Below, one piece after another: positions 19,647-29,558 of a DNA stretch of 64,000 nt (position 1 is its first letter; every line of letters starts with the position of its first letter). The DNA is taken from assembly GCA_048498935.1 (NCBI GenBank), contig JBEHXA010000001.1, forward strand, positions 688 to 64,687, given 5' to 3'. The stretch is from Myxococcota bacterium (GTDB lineage: Bacteria; Myxococcota_A; Polyangia; Polyangiales; Polyangiaceae). The translations under genes and the position numbers were made by a program. The notes beneath the pieces are model-generated. The model was not told where the DNA came from. It did not search any database and saw nothing but the letters and a program-made list of their open reading frames with translations.

Positions 19647-21158
19647 GTGCCCAGCCCACGCCTCCAGCACCCCCGAACTGCGCCGACCGCTTTCGAGTCG
19701 ACGCGACAACTCGCGCTCGCGGGCCTGCCCAGGAGTGTAGGACGCCGAGCGCGGCGCCGCACGCCGGTCACACCTCGCGAGTTTCGCGACGGTGAGGAGG
19801 TGTCCGGCACCCGCTACCGCGTCAGGCGCCTGCTCGGTGCGGGCGGCATGGGTCGCGTGTATGAAGTCGAGCACGTCGAGCTCGGCAAGCGCTTCGTGCT
19901 CAAAGCCTTGCAGCACGGCCTGGCTCAGCGCCGCGATCTGGTGGAGCGGCTGCGCAACGAGTGGCGAGCATTGGCGCGCCTGGAGCACCCGAACATCGTC
20001 AACGTGACCGACGCCGGCACTTCGCTCGACGGGGTGACGTACTACGTGATGGAGCGGCTCGAGGGCGAAACGCTCGCGCTGCGCTTGCTTCGCGAGGGGC
20101 GGTTGCTGCCGCAGGTGGCGCTGGCTATCGCGACCGGCATCCTCGAAGGTTTGAGCGCCGCGCACCGCATCGGTGTCGTCCACCGCGATGTCAAACCGCC
20201 CAACGTCTTTCTAACCGGACCCACGCAGGTCAAACTGCTCGATTTCGGAATCGCCAAGGTCGACGCTGCCACGAACGTGGTCACGGCGCGCGGCAGCGCA
20301 GTCGGCACGCCACGCTACATGTCGCCCGAGCAAGCCAACGGCGTCGAGGTGGACGCGCGCTCGGATATCTACGCGGCGGGCCTAATTTTGTTCGAAATGC
20401 TGAGCGGCACCGGGCCGTTCGACGACGTGCGTGATCCGAGCGATCTGCTGCTCGCACACCTGAGTCGCGAGGCGCCGCTTCTTTCTAGCGCGACCGTGGT
20501 CGCGCCGGAGCTCGATCGCCTGGTGGCCAGCATGCTCGCCAAAGATCCGCGGCAGCGCCCGCACGACGCGCATGCGCTCGCGCAGCAGCTTCAACTGCTC
20601 GCGCATCGCTACGATCGCTTCGCCTCGACCGACGACCCTACGGTTGCGTTTTCGATCCCGCGCATCGCCGCGCTGCCGCCCCCGACCTTCTACGGCGCCG
20701 ACACGCTCGTCGACGCCATCTCGCGCGTACCGACGGTCGTGCCCGGACTCGCACAGCAGCCGACCCAGCCGCTGCTCGCTCCCCCCCATCTGCACGGCGC
20801 CGCACCGAACGACACGCTGGAGCTGGCGCTCTCGGTGCTCGAACGGGCCGAGACCCGCACCGCATTACCGCCGCTGGCCCCAGCCCTCTCGCTTGCATCC
20901 GCTTCACGCCGTCGGGGCTCCAAGCGAGCGCTTTCGCCGCGCACCTTCAAGCTCGCCGCGCTGGGCGCTGCTGCGCTCGTGCTCTTGCAGCTTATAACTG
21001 CAGGTATTTACAGTGAAAAGTCCCAATCTGGCACGCCGGCGCAGTGTTCGGATCGACGAGTCTCATTGAGTGCCGGCCTGTTGGCCGATGGGCGGCTCAA
21101 GGCACCTCGGCTCCCGGGGCCGTCGCAGGCCCCGGTTTCTGAGCCAAATCAGCGCTGA
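19647..21158 (+). CDS. Hanks-type Ser/Thr protein kinase with C-terminal TM segment
   Basis: LGAGGMGRVY, FVLKAL, HRDVKPPNV, KLLDFG, GTPRYMSPEQ, SDIYA. Start is uncertain (first plausible in-frame GTG after the DUF4190 gene). Confidence 0.85.
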   Translation: MPSPRLQHPRTAPTAFESTRQLALAGLPRSVGRRARRRTPVTPREFRDGEEVSGTRYRVRRLLGAGGMGRVYEVEHVELGKRFVLKALQHGLAQRRDLVERLRNEWRALARLEHPNIVNVTDAGTSLDGVTYYVMERLEGETLALRLLREGRLLPQVALAIATGILEGLSAAHRIGVVHRDVKPPNVFLTGPTQVKLLDFGIAKVDAATNVVTARGSAVGTPRYMSPEQANGVEVDARSDIYAAGLILFEMLSGTGPFDDVRDPSDLLLAHLSREAPLLSSATVVAPELDRLVASMLAKDPRQRPHDAHALAQQLQLLAHRYDRFASTDDPTVAFSIPRIAALPPPTFYGADTLVDAISRVPTVVPGLAQQPTQPLLAPPHLHGAAPNDTLELALSVLERAETRTALPPLAPALSLASASRRRGSKRALSPRTFKLAALGAAALVLLQLITAGIYSEKSQSGTPAQCSDRRVSLSAGLLADGRLKAPRLPGPSQAPVSEPNQR

Positions 21159-21218
21159 TCGCCTTGCGCAGCCCGGGCCTTGCGGGTAGGTTCCGCGCCC
21201 CTCGCAATTGAGCGGGGA

Positions 21219-21301
21219 ACACCACACGTCCCACGCGCATCCAGAGCGTCCGGTGCCTTCGTTGCAGAGGGTTGGCGCTCGGTGGGACGGATGTCTAACC
21301 G
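21219..21301 (+). ncRNA. rpsB leader (t44-like cis-regulatory RNA)
   Basis: Directly upstream of rpsB. CGTCCCAC pairs with GTGGGACG, GAGCGTC-CGGTGCC pairs with GGTTGGCGCTC, and it ends in TAACC, matching the remembered t44/S2 leader architecture. Confidence 0.65.
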
Positions 21302-21318
21302 AAAAGGAGTAGCGCACC

Positions 21319-22170
21319 ATGACCGAGACGACCGACCAGGGCTTCGAAGCCCCGGAAATGAATCGCACCATCCGCAATTCCGAAGAGCCCTTGAGCGTCA
21401 AGGAGCTGTTCGAGGCTGGCGTGCACTTCGGCCACCAGACGAAGCGCTGGAACCCGAAGATGCGCCCGTTCATCTACGGCGCGCGCAGCGGCATCCACAT
21501 CGTCGACCTCGACCAGACCGCGCGTCTGTTCAAGCGCGCCTTCGACTTCCTGTCGGAGACGGTCGCCCGCGGCGGCAGCGTGCTGTTCGTCGGCACCAAG
21601 CGCCAGGCGCAAGAGATCGTGCGTGAAGAGGCGCGTCGCGCCGGCATGTACTTCGTGACCAACCGCTGGTTGGGCGGCACGCTGACGAACTTCCGCACCA
21701 TCAAGGGCGGTCTGGATCGCCTGCGCACCCTCGAGCGCATGAAGGAAGACGGCACCTACTCGCAGCTCCCCAAGAAGGAGACGGTCCAGCTCGAAAAGGA
21801 ACGCGCTCGTCTCGAGAAGTACATCGGCGGCTTGAAGGGTATGGGCACCGTGCCGCAAGCCATCTTCGTGATCGACCCCGCGCAAGAGACCATTGCCGTG
21901 AGCGAGGCCAAGCGCTTGGGCGTGCCAATCGTGGCCATCACGGACACGAACTGCGACCCGGACATGGTCGACTACGTCATCCCGGGTAACGACGACGCGA
22001 TCCGCTCGGTGCGTCTCATCACCGGCGCGGTTGCCGACGCCTGCATCTACGGCGCCGCTCGCCGTCGCGACTACCAGAGCCAGCGTGGCGATGCCCCGCA
22101 GGCGCAGCCGGGCAAGATCGAAGCCCAGGTCATTTACGCCGGTGGCCGTGGCCGCGGCGACAACAACTGA
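21319..22170 (+). CDS. rpsB: 30S ribosomal protein S2
   Basis: [54 protein letters not shown]. Confidence 0.98.
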   Translation: MTETTDQGFEAPEMNRTIRNSEEPLSVKELFEAGVHFGHQTKRWNPKMRPFIYGARSGIHIVDLDQTARLFKRAFDFLSETVARGGSVLFVGTKRQAQEIVREEARRAGMYFVTNRWLGGTLTNFRTIKGGLDRLRTLERMKEDGTYSQLPKKETVQLEKERARLEKYIGGLKGMGTVPQAIFVIDPAQETIAVSEAKRLGVPIVAITDTNCDPDMVDYVIPGNDDAIRSVRLITGAVADACIYGAARRRDYQSQRGDAPQAQPGKIEAQVIYAGGRGRGDNN

Positions 22171-22184
22171 GAGCGAGCACAGCT

Positions 22185-23126
22185 ATGTCCGCACCCAGCA
22201 TGCAGCAAGTGAAGGAGCTCCGCGACCGCACTCAAGCGGGGCTCAACGATTGTAAGGGCGCGCTCACCGAGTCCGGTGGCGACATGGAGAAGGCCGTCGA
22301 GATCATCCTGAAGAAGGGCCTGGCCAAGAGCGCGAAGCGCGCCGGCGCCGTGGCCGCTGAAGGCGTGGTCGTCTCGAAGGTCACCGCCGACAGCAAGCGC
22401 GGCGTGATCGTCGAGGTGAACATCCAGACGGACTTCGCCGCTCGTAACCCCGACTTCTTGGCGTTCGCCGAGAAGGTGTCGGAGGCCGCTCTCAAGGCCA
22501 AGCCGGGCAGCGATCTGGGAGCCGAAGCGTTCCCGGGTGGCTCTGCCACGGTCGAAGAGACGCGCGCGGCGCTCGTCGGTAAGCTCGGTGAGAACATCAC
22601 CGTGCGCCGCTGGGAGAGCCTGAGCGTCGACGGCCCCGGCAAGGTGCAGTCGTACGTGCACATGGGCGGAAAGATCGGCGTGCTCCTCGCGGTGCGCGCC
22701 GGTAGCGACGCGGCCGCCAAGGCCCCGGCGTTCGAGAAGCTCGCCGACGACTCCGCGATGCAAATCGCGGCGATGGCTCCGCTGTTCTTGTCGGCCGCCG
22801 AAATCCCGGCGGAATCCAAGACCGCGCAGGGCGAAATCTTCAAGGCGCAGCTGGCCGAGGATCCCAAGGCTCCTCCGGCGGCTTCGCACCCGAAGATCAT
22901 CGAAGGCAAGCTGGCCAAGTGGGCGAAGGAAATCTGCCTGCTCGACCAGCCGAGCGTGCTCGAGACCGACAAGACCGTCGACCAGATCCGCGCCGCAGTG
23001 GCCAAGGACCTGGGCGCCGACGTCGTCTTCTCGCGCTTCGTCCGCTTCGAGCGCGGCGAGGGCATCTCGAAGCCCACCGGCGAAGACTTCGCAGCTGAAG
23101 TCGCGAAGACCATGGCCGGCGGCTGA
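22185..23126 (+). CDS. tsf: Translation elongation factor Ts
   Basis: VKELRDRTQAGLNDCK, EVNIQTDFAARN, KLGENI, YVH..GKIGVL, FVRFERGEG. Confidence 0.97.
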   Translation: MSAPSMQQVKELRDRTQAGLNDCKGALTESGGDMEKAVEIILKKGLAKSAKRAGAVAAEGVVVSKVTADSKRGVIVEVNIQTDFAARNPDFLAFAEKVSEAALKAKPGSDLGAEAFPGGSATVEETRAALVGKLGENITVRRWESLSVDGPGKVQSYVHMGGKIGVLLAVRAGSDAAAKAPAFEKLADDSAMQIAAMAPLFLSAAEIPAESKTAQGEIFKAQLAEDPKAPPAASHPKIIEGKLAKWAKEICLLDQPSVLETDKTVDQIRAAVAKDLGADVVFSRFVRFERGEGISKPTGEDFAAEVAKTMAGG

Positions 23127-23156
23127 TCGCCCCAAGCTGACCTAGGTCAGCACGCG

Positions 23157-23191
23157 AAAGCCCCGCGTTGCACCAGCGACGCGGGGTTTTT
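23157..23191 (+). terminator. Rho-independent terminator after tsf
   Basis: AAAGCCCCGCGT-loop-ACGCGGGGTTTTT. Confidence 0.85.
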
Positions 23192-23247
23192 GCTTGGTTC
23201 GCATGCCATACTATCGACCTGCGTTTGCCATATGCTACGCTGGCTCC

Positions 23248-23445
23248 ATGTCGAGCGTGCGAAAGATCACGGTGAATTTGCCGCGCGAGGCGCTCATGAA
23301 GGCTCAGGCGGTGACGGGTAAGGGCGTCACCGCGACGCTCGTGGACGCCCTGGCCGCACTGGAGAACCAGGCAAAGCGTTCTGCCCTACGCAGCCTTCGT
23401 GGAAAGATCTCGTTCGACCTCGACATCGAGCAGTCTCGGCGTTGA
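23248..23445 (+). CDS. VapB-like antitoxin (ribbon-helix-helix type)
   Basis: 65 aa, RKITVNLPREALMKAQAVTG; overlaps the PIN gene start by 4 nt. Confidence 0.75.
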   Translation: MSSVRKITVNLPREALMKAQAVTGKGVTATLVDALAALENQAKRSALRSLRGKISFDLDIEQSRR

Positions 23446-23822
23446 TCCTCGTCGACACATCAGCCTGGATCGATTTCTTCCGAGGCAATGGCGCATTGGC
23501 TCATGCGGTCGACGACGCGCTGGGGTCGGGCGAGGCCGCGCTGTGCGGGCCTATCGTCACGGAACTTCGCCGTGGCTTGAAGGCGACGCAGCGCAAGCAC
23601 GTGATCGGGCTGCTCGCCGGGTGTCATTACCTGGACCAGCCGGATGATCTTTGGTCCTCGGCAGGCGACCTGGGAGCGATGCTCGGTCGACGCGGTCACA
23701 CCGTCAAGACGCTCGACTTGCTGATCGCCGCGCACGCTCTGGCCCATCAAGTTCCGCTACTCACGGCCGACCGTGACTTCGACCTGATCGCCAAGCTCAC
23801 ACCTGGCCTGTTCGTGCTGTGA
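23442..23822 (+). CDS. vapC: VapC-like PIN-domain toxin
   Basis: MILVDTSAWIDFF, IVTELRRG, DLLIAAHA, LLTADRDF. Confidence 0.9.
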   Translation: MILVDTSAWIDFFRGNGALAHAVDDALGSGEAALCGPIVTELRRGLKATQRKHVIGLLAGCHYLDQPDDLWSSAGDLGAMLGRRGHTVKTLDLLIAAHALAHQVPLLTADRDFDLIAKLTPGLFVL

Positions 23823-24145
23823 GCGACGCGCGGCTCTGCGGAGCGAGCCGCGCGTCGGAGTGCCGCTAGGGTTTTGTCGCTAGGGTTTCTGGGGTACCGG
23901 CGGCGTGGGCAAGGCGCAACCGATCAGTCGCGCTTCCCGGCAGCGCGCGTCGTGGCTCGCTCTTTCTAAGGCAGCGCGTGCGCTTGTGTGAGAGGCAACG
24001 TGCCTCAATCGGTCATTCATTGTCCACGTCGTCAGATGTCGCAGCATCGCCACGAACCGCGCTCGTGTTGTTGAAAGAGCGCGGCAGAGGCCTCCCCATC
24101 TTCGCGCTCTCGCCCTACGATGGGGTTCCACTCGAGGAGGACGAC

Positions 24146-24625
24146 ATGAAGCAGAGCAAGAACACCATCTGTCTGTGGTTCGACAAAGATGCGGAAGCAG
24201 CGGCTCGCTTCTACGCGGCGACATTTCCCAACAGTGAGGTGACGGCCGTGCGCAAAGCACCGGGTGATTTTCCCGGCGGTAAAGAAGGGCAGGTGCTCAC
24301 CGTCGAGTTCACGGTGCTCGGCATCCCGTGTCTCGGGCTAAACGGCGGCCCGCAGTTTCCGCAAAGCGAGGCCTTCTCGTTCCAGGTGGCGACCGACAGC
24401 CAAGAAGAGACGGATCGGTACTGGAACGCCATCGTGGGCAACGGCGGCGCGGAGAGTGCGTGCGGCTGGTGCAAAGACCGCTGGGGTCTCAACTGGCAAA
24501 TCACTCCGCGCACTTTGACCGAGGCCATGGCGGCTGGCGGCGCTGAAGCCAAGCGCGCCTTCGAAGCCATGATGACGATGCAAAAGATCGACGTCGCGGC
24601 GATCGATAAAGCCCGGCGCGGCTAG
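24146..24625 (+). CDS. VOC/PhnB-like (3-demethylubiquinone-9 3-methyltransferase family) protein
   Basis: ICLWFD..AEAAARFY, LNGGPQF, AFSFQV, CGWCKDRWGLNWQI; GAGGAGG ribosome-binding site. Confidence 0.9.
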   Translation: MKQSKNTICLWFDKDAEAAARFYAATFPNSEVTAVRKAPGDFPGGKEGQVLTVEFTVLGIPCLGLNGGPQFPQSEAFSFQVATDSQEETDRYWNAIVGNGGAESACGWCKDRWGLNWQITPRTLTEAMAAGGAEAKRAFEAMMTMQKIDVAAIDKARRG

Positions 24626-24676
24626 CTCCCGGGGCTCATGGACGCGGCCGCCGCCGTTCTGGTAGCGTCCGCGCCC

Positions 24677-25450
24677 ATGCTGCTTGCCCGTCGGCAAATC
24701 CTCGGCTCCAAGTCACTCTCCGCGCTCGTGTTGGGCGCTACCCTCGCTGGTTGTTCGCAGCAACCGGCGCCCGCTACGCCGGAGTCTGCGGTACCCGCGC
24801 CCGCCGCTACTGATGCGGCGCCCTCGGCAGACCCCGCGGCTCCGCAACTCATTCAGCACACTGGAGCGAGCGTCTTCGTCGCTCACGAAGTAGAAGACTT
24901 CGCCGCGTTCCAAAAGTACTTCGAGGACGGCGCGGCCCAGCGCGCTGCCGCAGGCATCGAAGGGCACCTCCTCACGCGCCTCGACAGCGGCAAAGTCGTC
25001 ATCCACTTCTTCGCTCCCGACGTCGCCAAGGTCCAGGCGGAGCTCAACTCCGACAGCTTCCAAAAGTACCTGAGCCGCAAGGGCGCTCCTGATGCATCAC
25101 TCGTCTGGGTGACGCGCGATGAGGTGGTTTACCTGCCGGCCAAGCCCGTCACCGGCCCCACCTTCAGCCTTTACCTCAAGCGCCGCACCACGGATTTTGC
25201 GCGCTTCCGCCAAGAGTTCGAAAAGCACGTCCCGGCGTTCTCCAAGCAGCTCGTCGGCTTCGGACTCCACCAGAGCGCGACCCAGCCCGACATGGCGATC
25301 CTGCACTTCGTCGCCACCACCAAAGCCGCCGTCGAGGCGCTCCCGAACCAGCCCGAGCTGAAAGAGCTGATGGCGCTCACCACCGAAGACGTGGTCAAAC
25401 CGCTGGTCGGCGAGGACGTCTCGCGGAGCCGTGCCGCTGCGAAACCCTAG
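24677..25450 (+). CDS. Hypothetical lipoprotein with two tandem dimeric alpha/beta-barrel-like domains
   Basis: Lipobox LAGC; repeated units VAHEVEDFAAFQKYFE... and LKRRTTDFARFRQEFE... Confidence 0.65.
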   Translation: MLLARRQILGSKSLSALVLGATLAGCSQQPAPATPESAVPAPAATDAAPSADPAAPQLIQHTGASVFVAHEVEDFAAFQKYFEDGAAQRAAAGIEGHLLTRLDSGKVVIHFFAPDVAKVQAELNSDSFQKYLSRKGAPDASLVWVTRDEVVYLPAKPVTGPTFSLYLKRRTTDFARFRQEFEKHVPAFSKQLVGFGLHQSATQPDMAILHFVATTKAAVEALPNQPELKELMALTTEDVVKPLVGEDVSRSRAAAKP

Positions 25451-25516
25451 CGCGCGCCGAATGTAGGGCGTCTGACGCCTGTTTCAATTCGCGCCGCCCC
25501 GCTGCGGCTGCCGTGT

Positions 25517-27337
25517 GTGGATGCGGTTCCCGAAAAAAAGGTGAACCAAACCGCGCGGTGCCGAACACACAGTAACGTGCATCCAGATTCGTCGCGCGCT
25601 AGCTTTGTTCGCAGGGTGAAGTCTTCCTGCGTGGTCGGACTCGCAGCGCTGCTTGCAGCTTGCGCGTCGGATCCGGCCACGGGCCCCGATGGGGCAACGC
25701 CCGGAACTGGCGGCAGCGGCACGGGGCCTGCCACCGGTGGAACAGGCGGCAGCGTGGGTGCCGGGGTGAGCGGAGCAGGGGGCAGCACTGCTCCCCAAGC
25801 GAGCGATGTCGGTATCGTCCCGGCTGGTCGGCTCAACCGCACCCAATACAACAACACCGTTCGGGACCTGCTCGGGACCACCCTCAAGCCTGCCGACGAG
25901 TTCCCGGCGGACGAGCTGGTGCTCGGCTTCGACGTCATCGCCGGCGTGCTCCGCGTGCAACCCGAGCACATTGAGGATTACCTCGAGGCGGCCGACAAGC
26001 TCGTCACCGAGCTCTTGGCTCGCCCCGCCACCGATCCGGTGCGCCAGCGCTACGTGAGCTGCGACTTGGCAACCGGTGCCGCCTGCGTCGGGCAAGTCGT
26101 CAAGAACCTGGCCACCGCCGCCTGGCGCCGACCCGCGACGGATGCGGAGCTCGCGCCGTACCTCGCGCTCGCTGCGGCGCAGCCAACGCCGGACGTGGGC
26201 GTCAGCCTGGCGCTCCGCGCGGTGCTCACGTCCTCCAAGTTCCTGTTCCGCTGGGAGCTGGATCCCAATCCCGACGATGCCGCCACGCATCTCGTGAACG
26301 GGTACGAAATGGCGACCCGCCTCAGCTACGCGCTCACCAGCAGCACGCCTGATGCGCCTCTGCTCGAGGCAGCAGCAAGCGGCGCGCTTCAAACCCCGGA
26401 GGGTGTGCTCGCGCAAACCAAGCGCCTGCTCAGCGCCCCGAACGGGCTGCAGCCCTTGCTGGATAACTTCGTCGCGCAATGGCTCAACGTGAATCAGGTC
26501 AACGCGGTCGTCCCCAACGCCGATCAGTTCCCGATGTTCGATGCCCCGCTGCGCGCATCGCTCATCGGCGAAACCAAAGCGGTGCTGAGTGACTTCTGGA
26601 CGAACGACGTCCCGGTGCAGCGCCTATTCGACGCTGATTTCACGTATGTGGATGCGCGCCTCGCTCAGCACTACGGCATCGTCGGCGTCACGGGCGGCTT
26701 CCAGCGCATTCCCACGGCCGGCACCACGCGCGGTGGCATCCTCACGCTCGGCAGCTTCCTCACCTCGACGTCGAACCCGACCCGCACGTCGCCGGTCAAG
26801 CGCGGCTTCTACGTGCTAGATCGCCTGCTCTGCTCGGCGCCTCCGCCTCCGCCCGGCAACGTCGACCTCAACATCGACACTGGCTCCGGCTTCGAAAAGC
26901 TTTCGGTGCGCGAGCGCTCCGCCAAGCACCTCCAAAAGGGCGGCACCTGCTTCGGCTGCCATCAAGTCATGGATCCGATTGGCCTCGGTCTCGAAAACTA
27001 CGACGCCATCGGCGCCTTCCGTGAAATGGACCCCTTCGGTCCCATCAACGCAACCGGTACCTTGCCAACCGACAACGGTGACGTTGCTTTCAACGGCCCG
27101 CGTGAGCTCGCAGCCCTACTGGCGGCTGACGCGCGCACCGTGCCCTGTGTCGTGACCAAGCTGATGACCTACACCATGGGTAGAGAGCTCGCAGCCCCTC
27201 AAGATCCTTTCAAAGCGACCATCGTGGCAGCCACCTCGCAGGGCGGCGGTCACTTGCGCGCAGCGATCGAGTCCGTCGTCGTCAACGAGCTGTTCCGCTC
27301 GCGGCGCGCCGCGGCTGCGACGGAGGTGATGCCGTGA
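25517..27337 (+). CDS. DUF1592/DUF1588/DUF1587/DUF1595-type (PSD) lipoprotein with CxxCH motif
   Basis: RLNRTQYNNTVRDL, YEMATRLSY.L...PD, RGGILTLGSFL, TSPVKRG, CFGCH..MDPIGLGLENYDAIG. Confidence 0.9.
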   Translation: MDAVPEKKVNQTARCRTHSNVHPDSSRASFVRRVKSSCVVGLAALLAACASDPATGPDGATPGTGGSGTGPATGGTGGSVGAGVSGAGGSTAPQASDVGIVPAGRLNRTQYNNTVRDLLGTTLKPADEFPADELVLGFDVIAGVLRVQPEHIEDYLEAADKLVTELLARPATDPVRQRYVSCDLATGAACVGQVVKNLATAAWRRPATDAELAPYLALAAAQPTPDVGVSLALRAVLTSSKFLFRWELDPNPDDAATHLVNGYEMATRLSYALTSSTPDAPLLEAAASGALQTPEGVLAQTKRLLSAPNGLQPLLDNFVAQWLNVNQVNAVVPNADQFPMFDAPLRASLIGETKAVLSDFWTNDVPVQRLFDADFTYVDARLAQHYGIVGVTGGFQRIPTAGTTRGGILTLGSFLTSTSNPTRTSPVKRGFYVLDRLLCSAPPPPPGNVDLNIDTGSGFEKLSVRERSAKHLQKGGTCFGCHQVMDPIGLGLENYDAIGAFREMDPFGPINATGTLPTDNGDVAFNGPRELAALLAADARTVPCVVTKLMTYTMGRELAAPQDPFKATIVAATSQGGGHLRAAIESVVVNELFRSRRAAAATEVMP

Positions 27338-28734
27338 AGATCAGCAAACGCTACGGCCGTCGCGCCTTCTTGGGCGGTGCCTCCACGCTCATCGCCCTCC
27401 CGTTTCTCGAAACGCTCGCTCCCAAGCACGCGCTCGGGCAGGCGGGCGGCGCCCCCAAGCGCTTCCTCGGCTACCTCTACCCGAACGGCATGATGATGGA
27501 CGATTGGCGTCCGGTCGGTTTCGGTACCAACTTCACCCTCGGCAAAACGATGGGCGCCTCCGGCCGCATCTTCGACGACGGTCGCACTCCGTTCCCGGCG
27601 ACGCAAGACGGCCCCAGCCTCGAGATGGTCAAGAGCAAGCTGCTCATCATCTCCGGCCTGCAAAACACACAGCAGATCGACAAGATACCGGGCGATCACG
27701 CGGGCGGCATCGGCTCGTTCATGACGAACCGCACCGTGCCCAAGACCGCCAACGCCAGCATGGGCGGGCCCTCGATCGACTACCTGCTCGCGCAGTCTAT
27801 CGGCAAGGACACGCGGCGCCCCTACTTCGTGATGTCAGGCGAGGGGTCGCGCCCCGCCGGCTCGCTCTGCGACTCCGGTTTCAGCTGCGCGGTCGCCGAT
27901 CACATCACCTTCGACGACAAGGGCATCAACGTGCCGCGCGTCGAAAACCCCGGCGCTATGTTCGACCAGCTGTTCGAAGGCCTGGATCCGAACGCCAACG
28001 CGCAGGCCGCCGCCGAGCGCAAAGCCCGCAACAAGAGCGTGCTCGATGTCGTGGCTGCCGAAGCGACTTCGCTCGAAGCGACGCTCAGCCGGCAAGATCG
28101 GCCGCGCCTTCAGGAGTACCTCACGTCGGTACGCGAGCTCGAGCGTCGCATCGACGCGGGTGGCGGCGCTGGTGCCCAGTGCACGCCCCCCACGCGCAAC
28201 GGTACTGCCTTCAGCTTCGAGAACGGCCGCGCCACCATCGACGTCTGCCACGAGCTCATGGCGCTCGCATTCCAGTGCGATGCCACGCGCGTCATCAGCT
28301 TCATGTGGGGCAATAGCTCGAACGGCCGCCCGCACAACTTCATCGACGCGCCTGGCGGCCATCACGACATCTCGCACTACGGCGGCAACGCCGACAGCAT
28401 CGCGCGCCTCCGCCGCATCGACTATTGGTGGTCGCGCCGCTTCGCCGAGCTCCTCATCCGTCTCGACGGCATGACCGACATCGACGGCCGCACCGTGCTC
28501 GACAACACCCTCGTCTTCCAATCGTCGGACATTTCGGACGGCGACGCGCACAACCACGACGACATGCCGGTCACACTCGCGGGCGGCGCCGCCGGTTTCG
28601 CCACGGGCCGCCACGTCGACCTCAAAGATCGCTGGTTCGGCGACCTCTTCATCTCCATCGCCAACGGCTTCGGCGCCCCCATCACCAGCTTCGGCGAAAA
28701 GGGCACGGCCCCGCTCACCGAGCTGGAAGCCTAA
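27334..28734 (+). CDS. DUF1552 domain protein (Tat signal)
   Basis: RRAFLGG...ALPFLE, YPNGM, SVLD, D..RLQEYLTSVRELE, AFQCDATRV, HHDISH, HNHDDMP. GTGA overlap with the upstream gene. Confidence 0.92.
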   Translation: MKISKRYGRRAFLGGASTLIALPFLETLAPKHALGQAGGAPKRFLGYLYPNGMMMDDWRPVGFGTNFTLGKTMGASGRIFDDGRTPFPATQDGPSLEMVKSKLLIISGLQNTQQIDKIPGDHAGGIGSFMTNRTVPKTANASMGGPSIDYLLAQSIGKDTRRPYFVMSGEGSRPAGSLCDSGFSCAVADHITFDDKGINVPRVENPGAMFDQLFEGLDPNANAQAAAERKARNKSVLDVVAAEATSLEATLSRQDRPRLQEYLTSVRELERRIDAGGGAGAQCTPPTRNGTAFSFENGRATIDVCHELMALAFQCDATRVISFMWGNSSNGRPHNFIDAPGGHHDISHYGGNADSIARLRRIDYWWSRRFAELLIRLDGMTDIDGRTVLDNTLVFQSSDISDGDAHNHDDMPVTLAGGAAGFATGRHVDLKDRWFGDLFISIANGFGAPITSFGEKGTAPLTELEA

Positions 28735-28770
28735 CAGCCCGTCGGGGCGGCAGGAGCGAGTCGGGCTCGC

Positions 28771-29174
28771 CTAGGTTCGCTCGAGCAGAGCGTCGAGCGA
28801 AGTCGACATCTCCGGCACCTCGGCCAGCGCTGCCAATTCTGCGACGCGCTCGCGGACGCGTGCGCGATCGATATTCGGGTACAGTGTCAGTAACGCTTCC
28901 GCGTCCTCAATGTCTTTCGCGCGGCCCGCGACCGCCTTGAACACGACCAAGCTTTCGGGCGTGCACATCGGGACCTGCACCCTGCCAAAAGACGCCACCG
29001 TCGCCGTCTCCAGCGCAACATGCTCGAATGCAGACCAAGCTAACGACACGTCGAGATCGACGCCCGTTTCTTGATGGCGAAGCAACAACACCAAATTGGC
29101 TTCAGCGAACGCTACGAAAGGGCGCCAAGCGCATCCTCGAGCAGGCGCTCACGCTTGGATGGCTTGCTTGGCAT
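28771..29174 (-). pseudogene. Nucleotidyltransferase (AbiEii/AbiGii-like) TA toxin with internal frameshifting deletion
   Basis: N-terminus MPSKPSKRERLLEDALGALS stops at 29112-29114. A different frame resumes VAFAEANLVLLLRH...DVSLAW..FE...ESLVVFKAVAGRAKDIED. The catalytic GG/DxD region is missing. Confidence 0.7.
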
Positions 29175-29403
29175 TTCGGCCGATACGCGCCCAGAGACTG
29201 CGCACTCGCTCCACGGCACGCTCATTGACGGGATCGCGGGGGCCAGGCCAGGTTCCCTGCTCCGCCAGCGCGTCTGCGGCAGCGATGGCTTCGGCCACGG
29301 CTTGCTCCGGCGCCGGCCCTTCGGCTCGCATGAGCTCGCGCTGCTTCTTTTCTGCTGCGCGAAACCCGCGAAGCATGCGCTGGATCGCGTCCCGCTCGGC
29401 CAC
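29149..29403 (-). CDS. Small helical protein, probable antitoxin of the nucleotidyltransferase TA module
   Basis: About 84 aa; overlaps the toxin start, as in this TA arrangement. Confidence 0.6.
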   Translation of the reverse strand: MAERDAIQRMLRGFRAAEKKQRELMRAEGPAPEQAVAEAIAAADALAEQGTWPGPRDPVNERAVERVRSLWARIGRNAKQAIQA

Positions 29404-29558
29404 GCTGCGACTGTAGCAGAGCTCTCCGGGCACGACTAATCAGGGTGCAACGCGGTGGGGGCGTTGGCTCGACCCCGGTGGGTTCTTAGTCTCACGGCGT
29501 TCGGGCGCTCTGGACACGGTCCAATCATGGGTTTGGGTGAGTCACGGACGGCGGAGCC

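Noticed and set aside
23880-24145. Gene remnant between vapC and the VOC gene
   Set aside because: No recognisable motif; probably promoter or spacer DNA.
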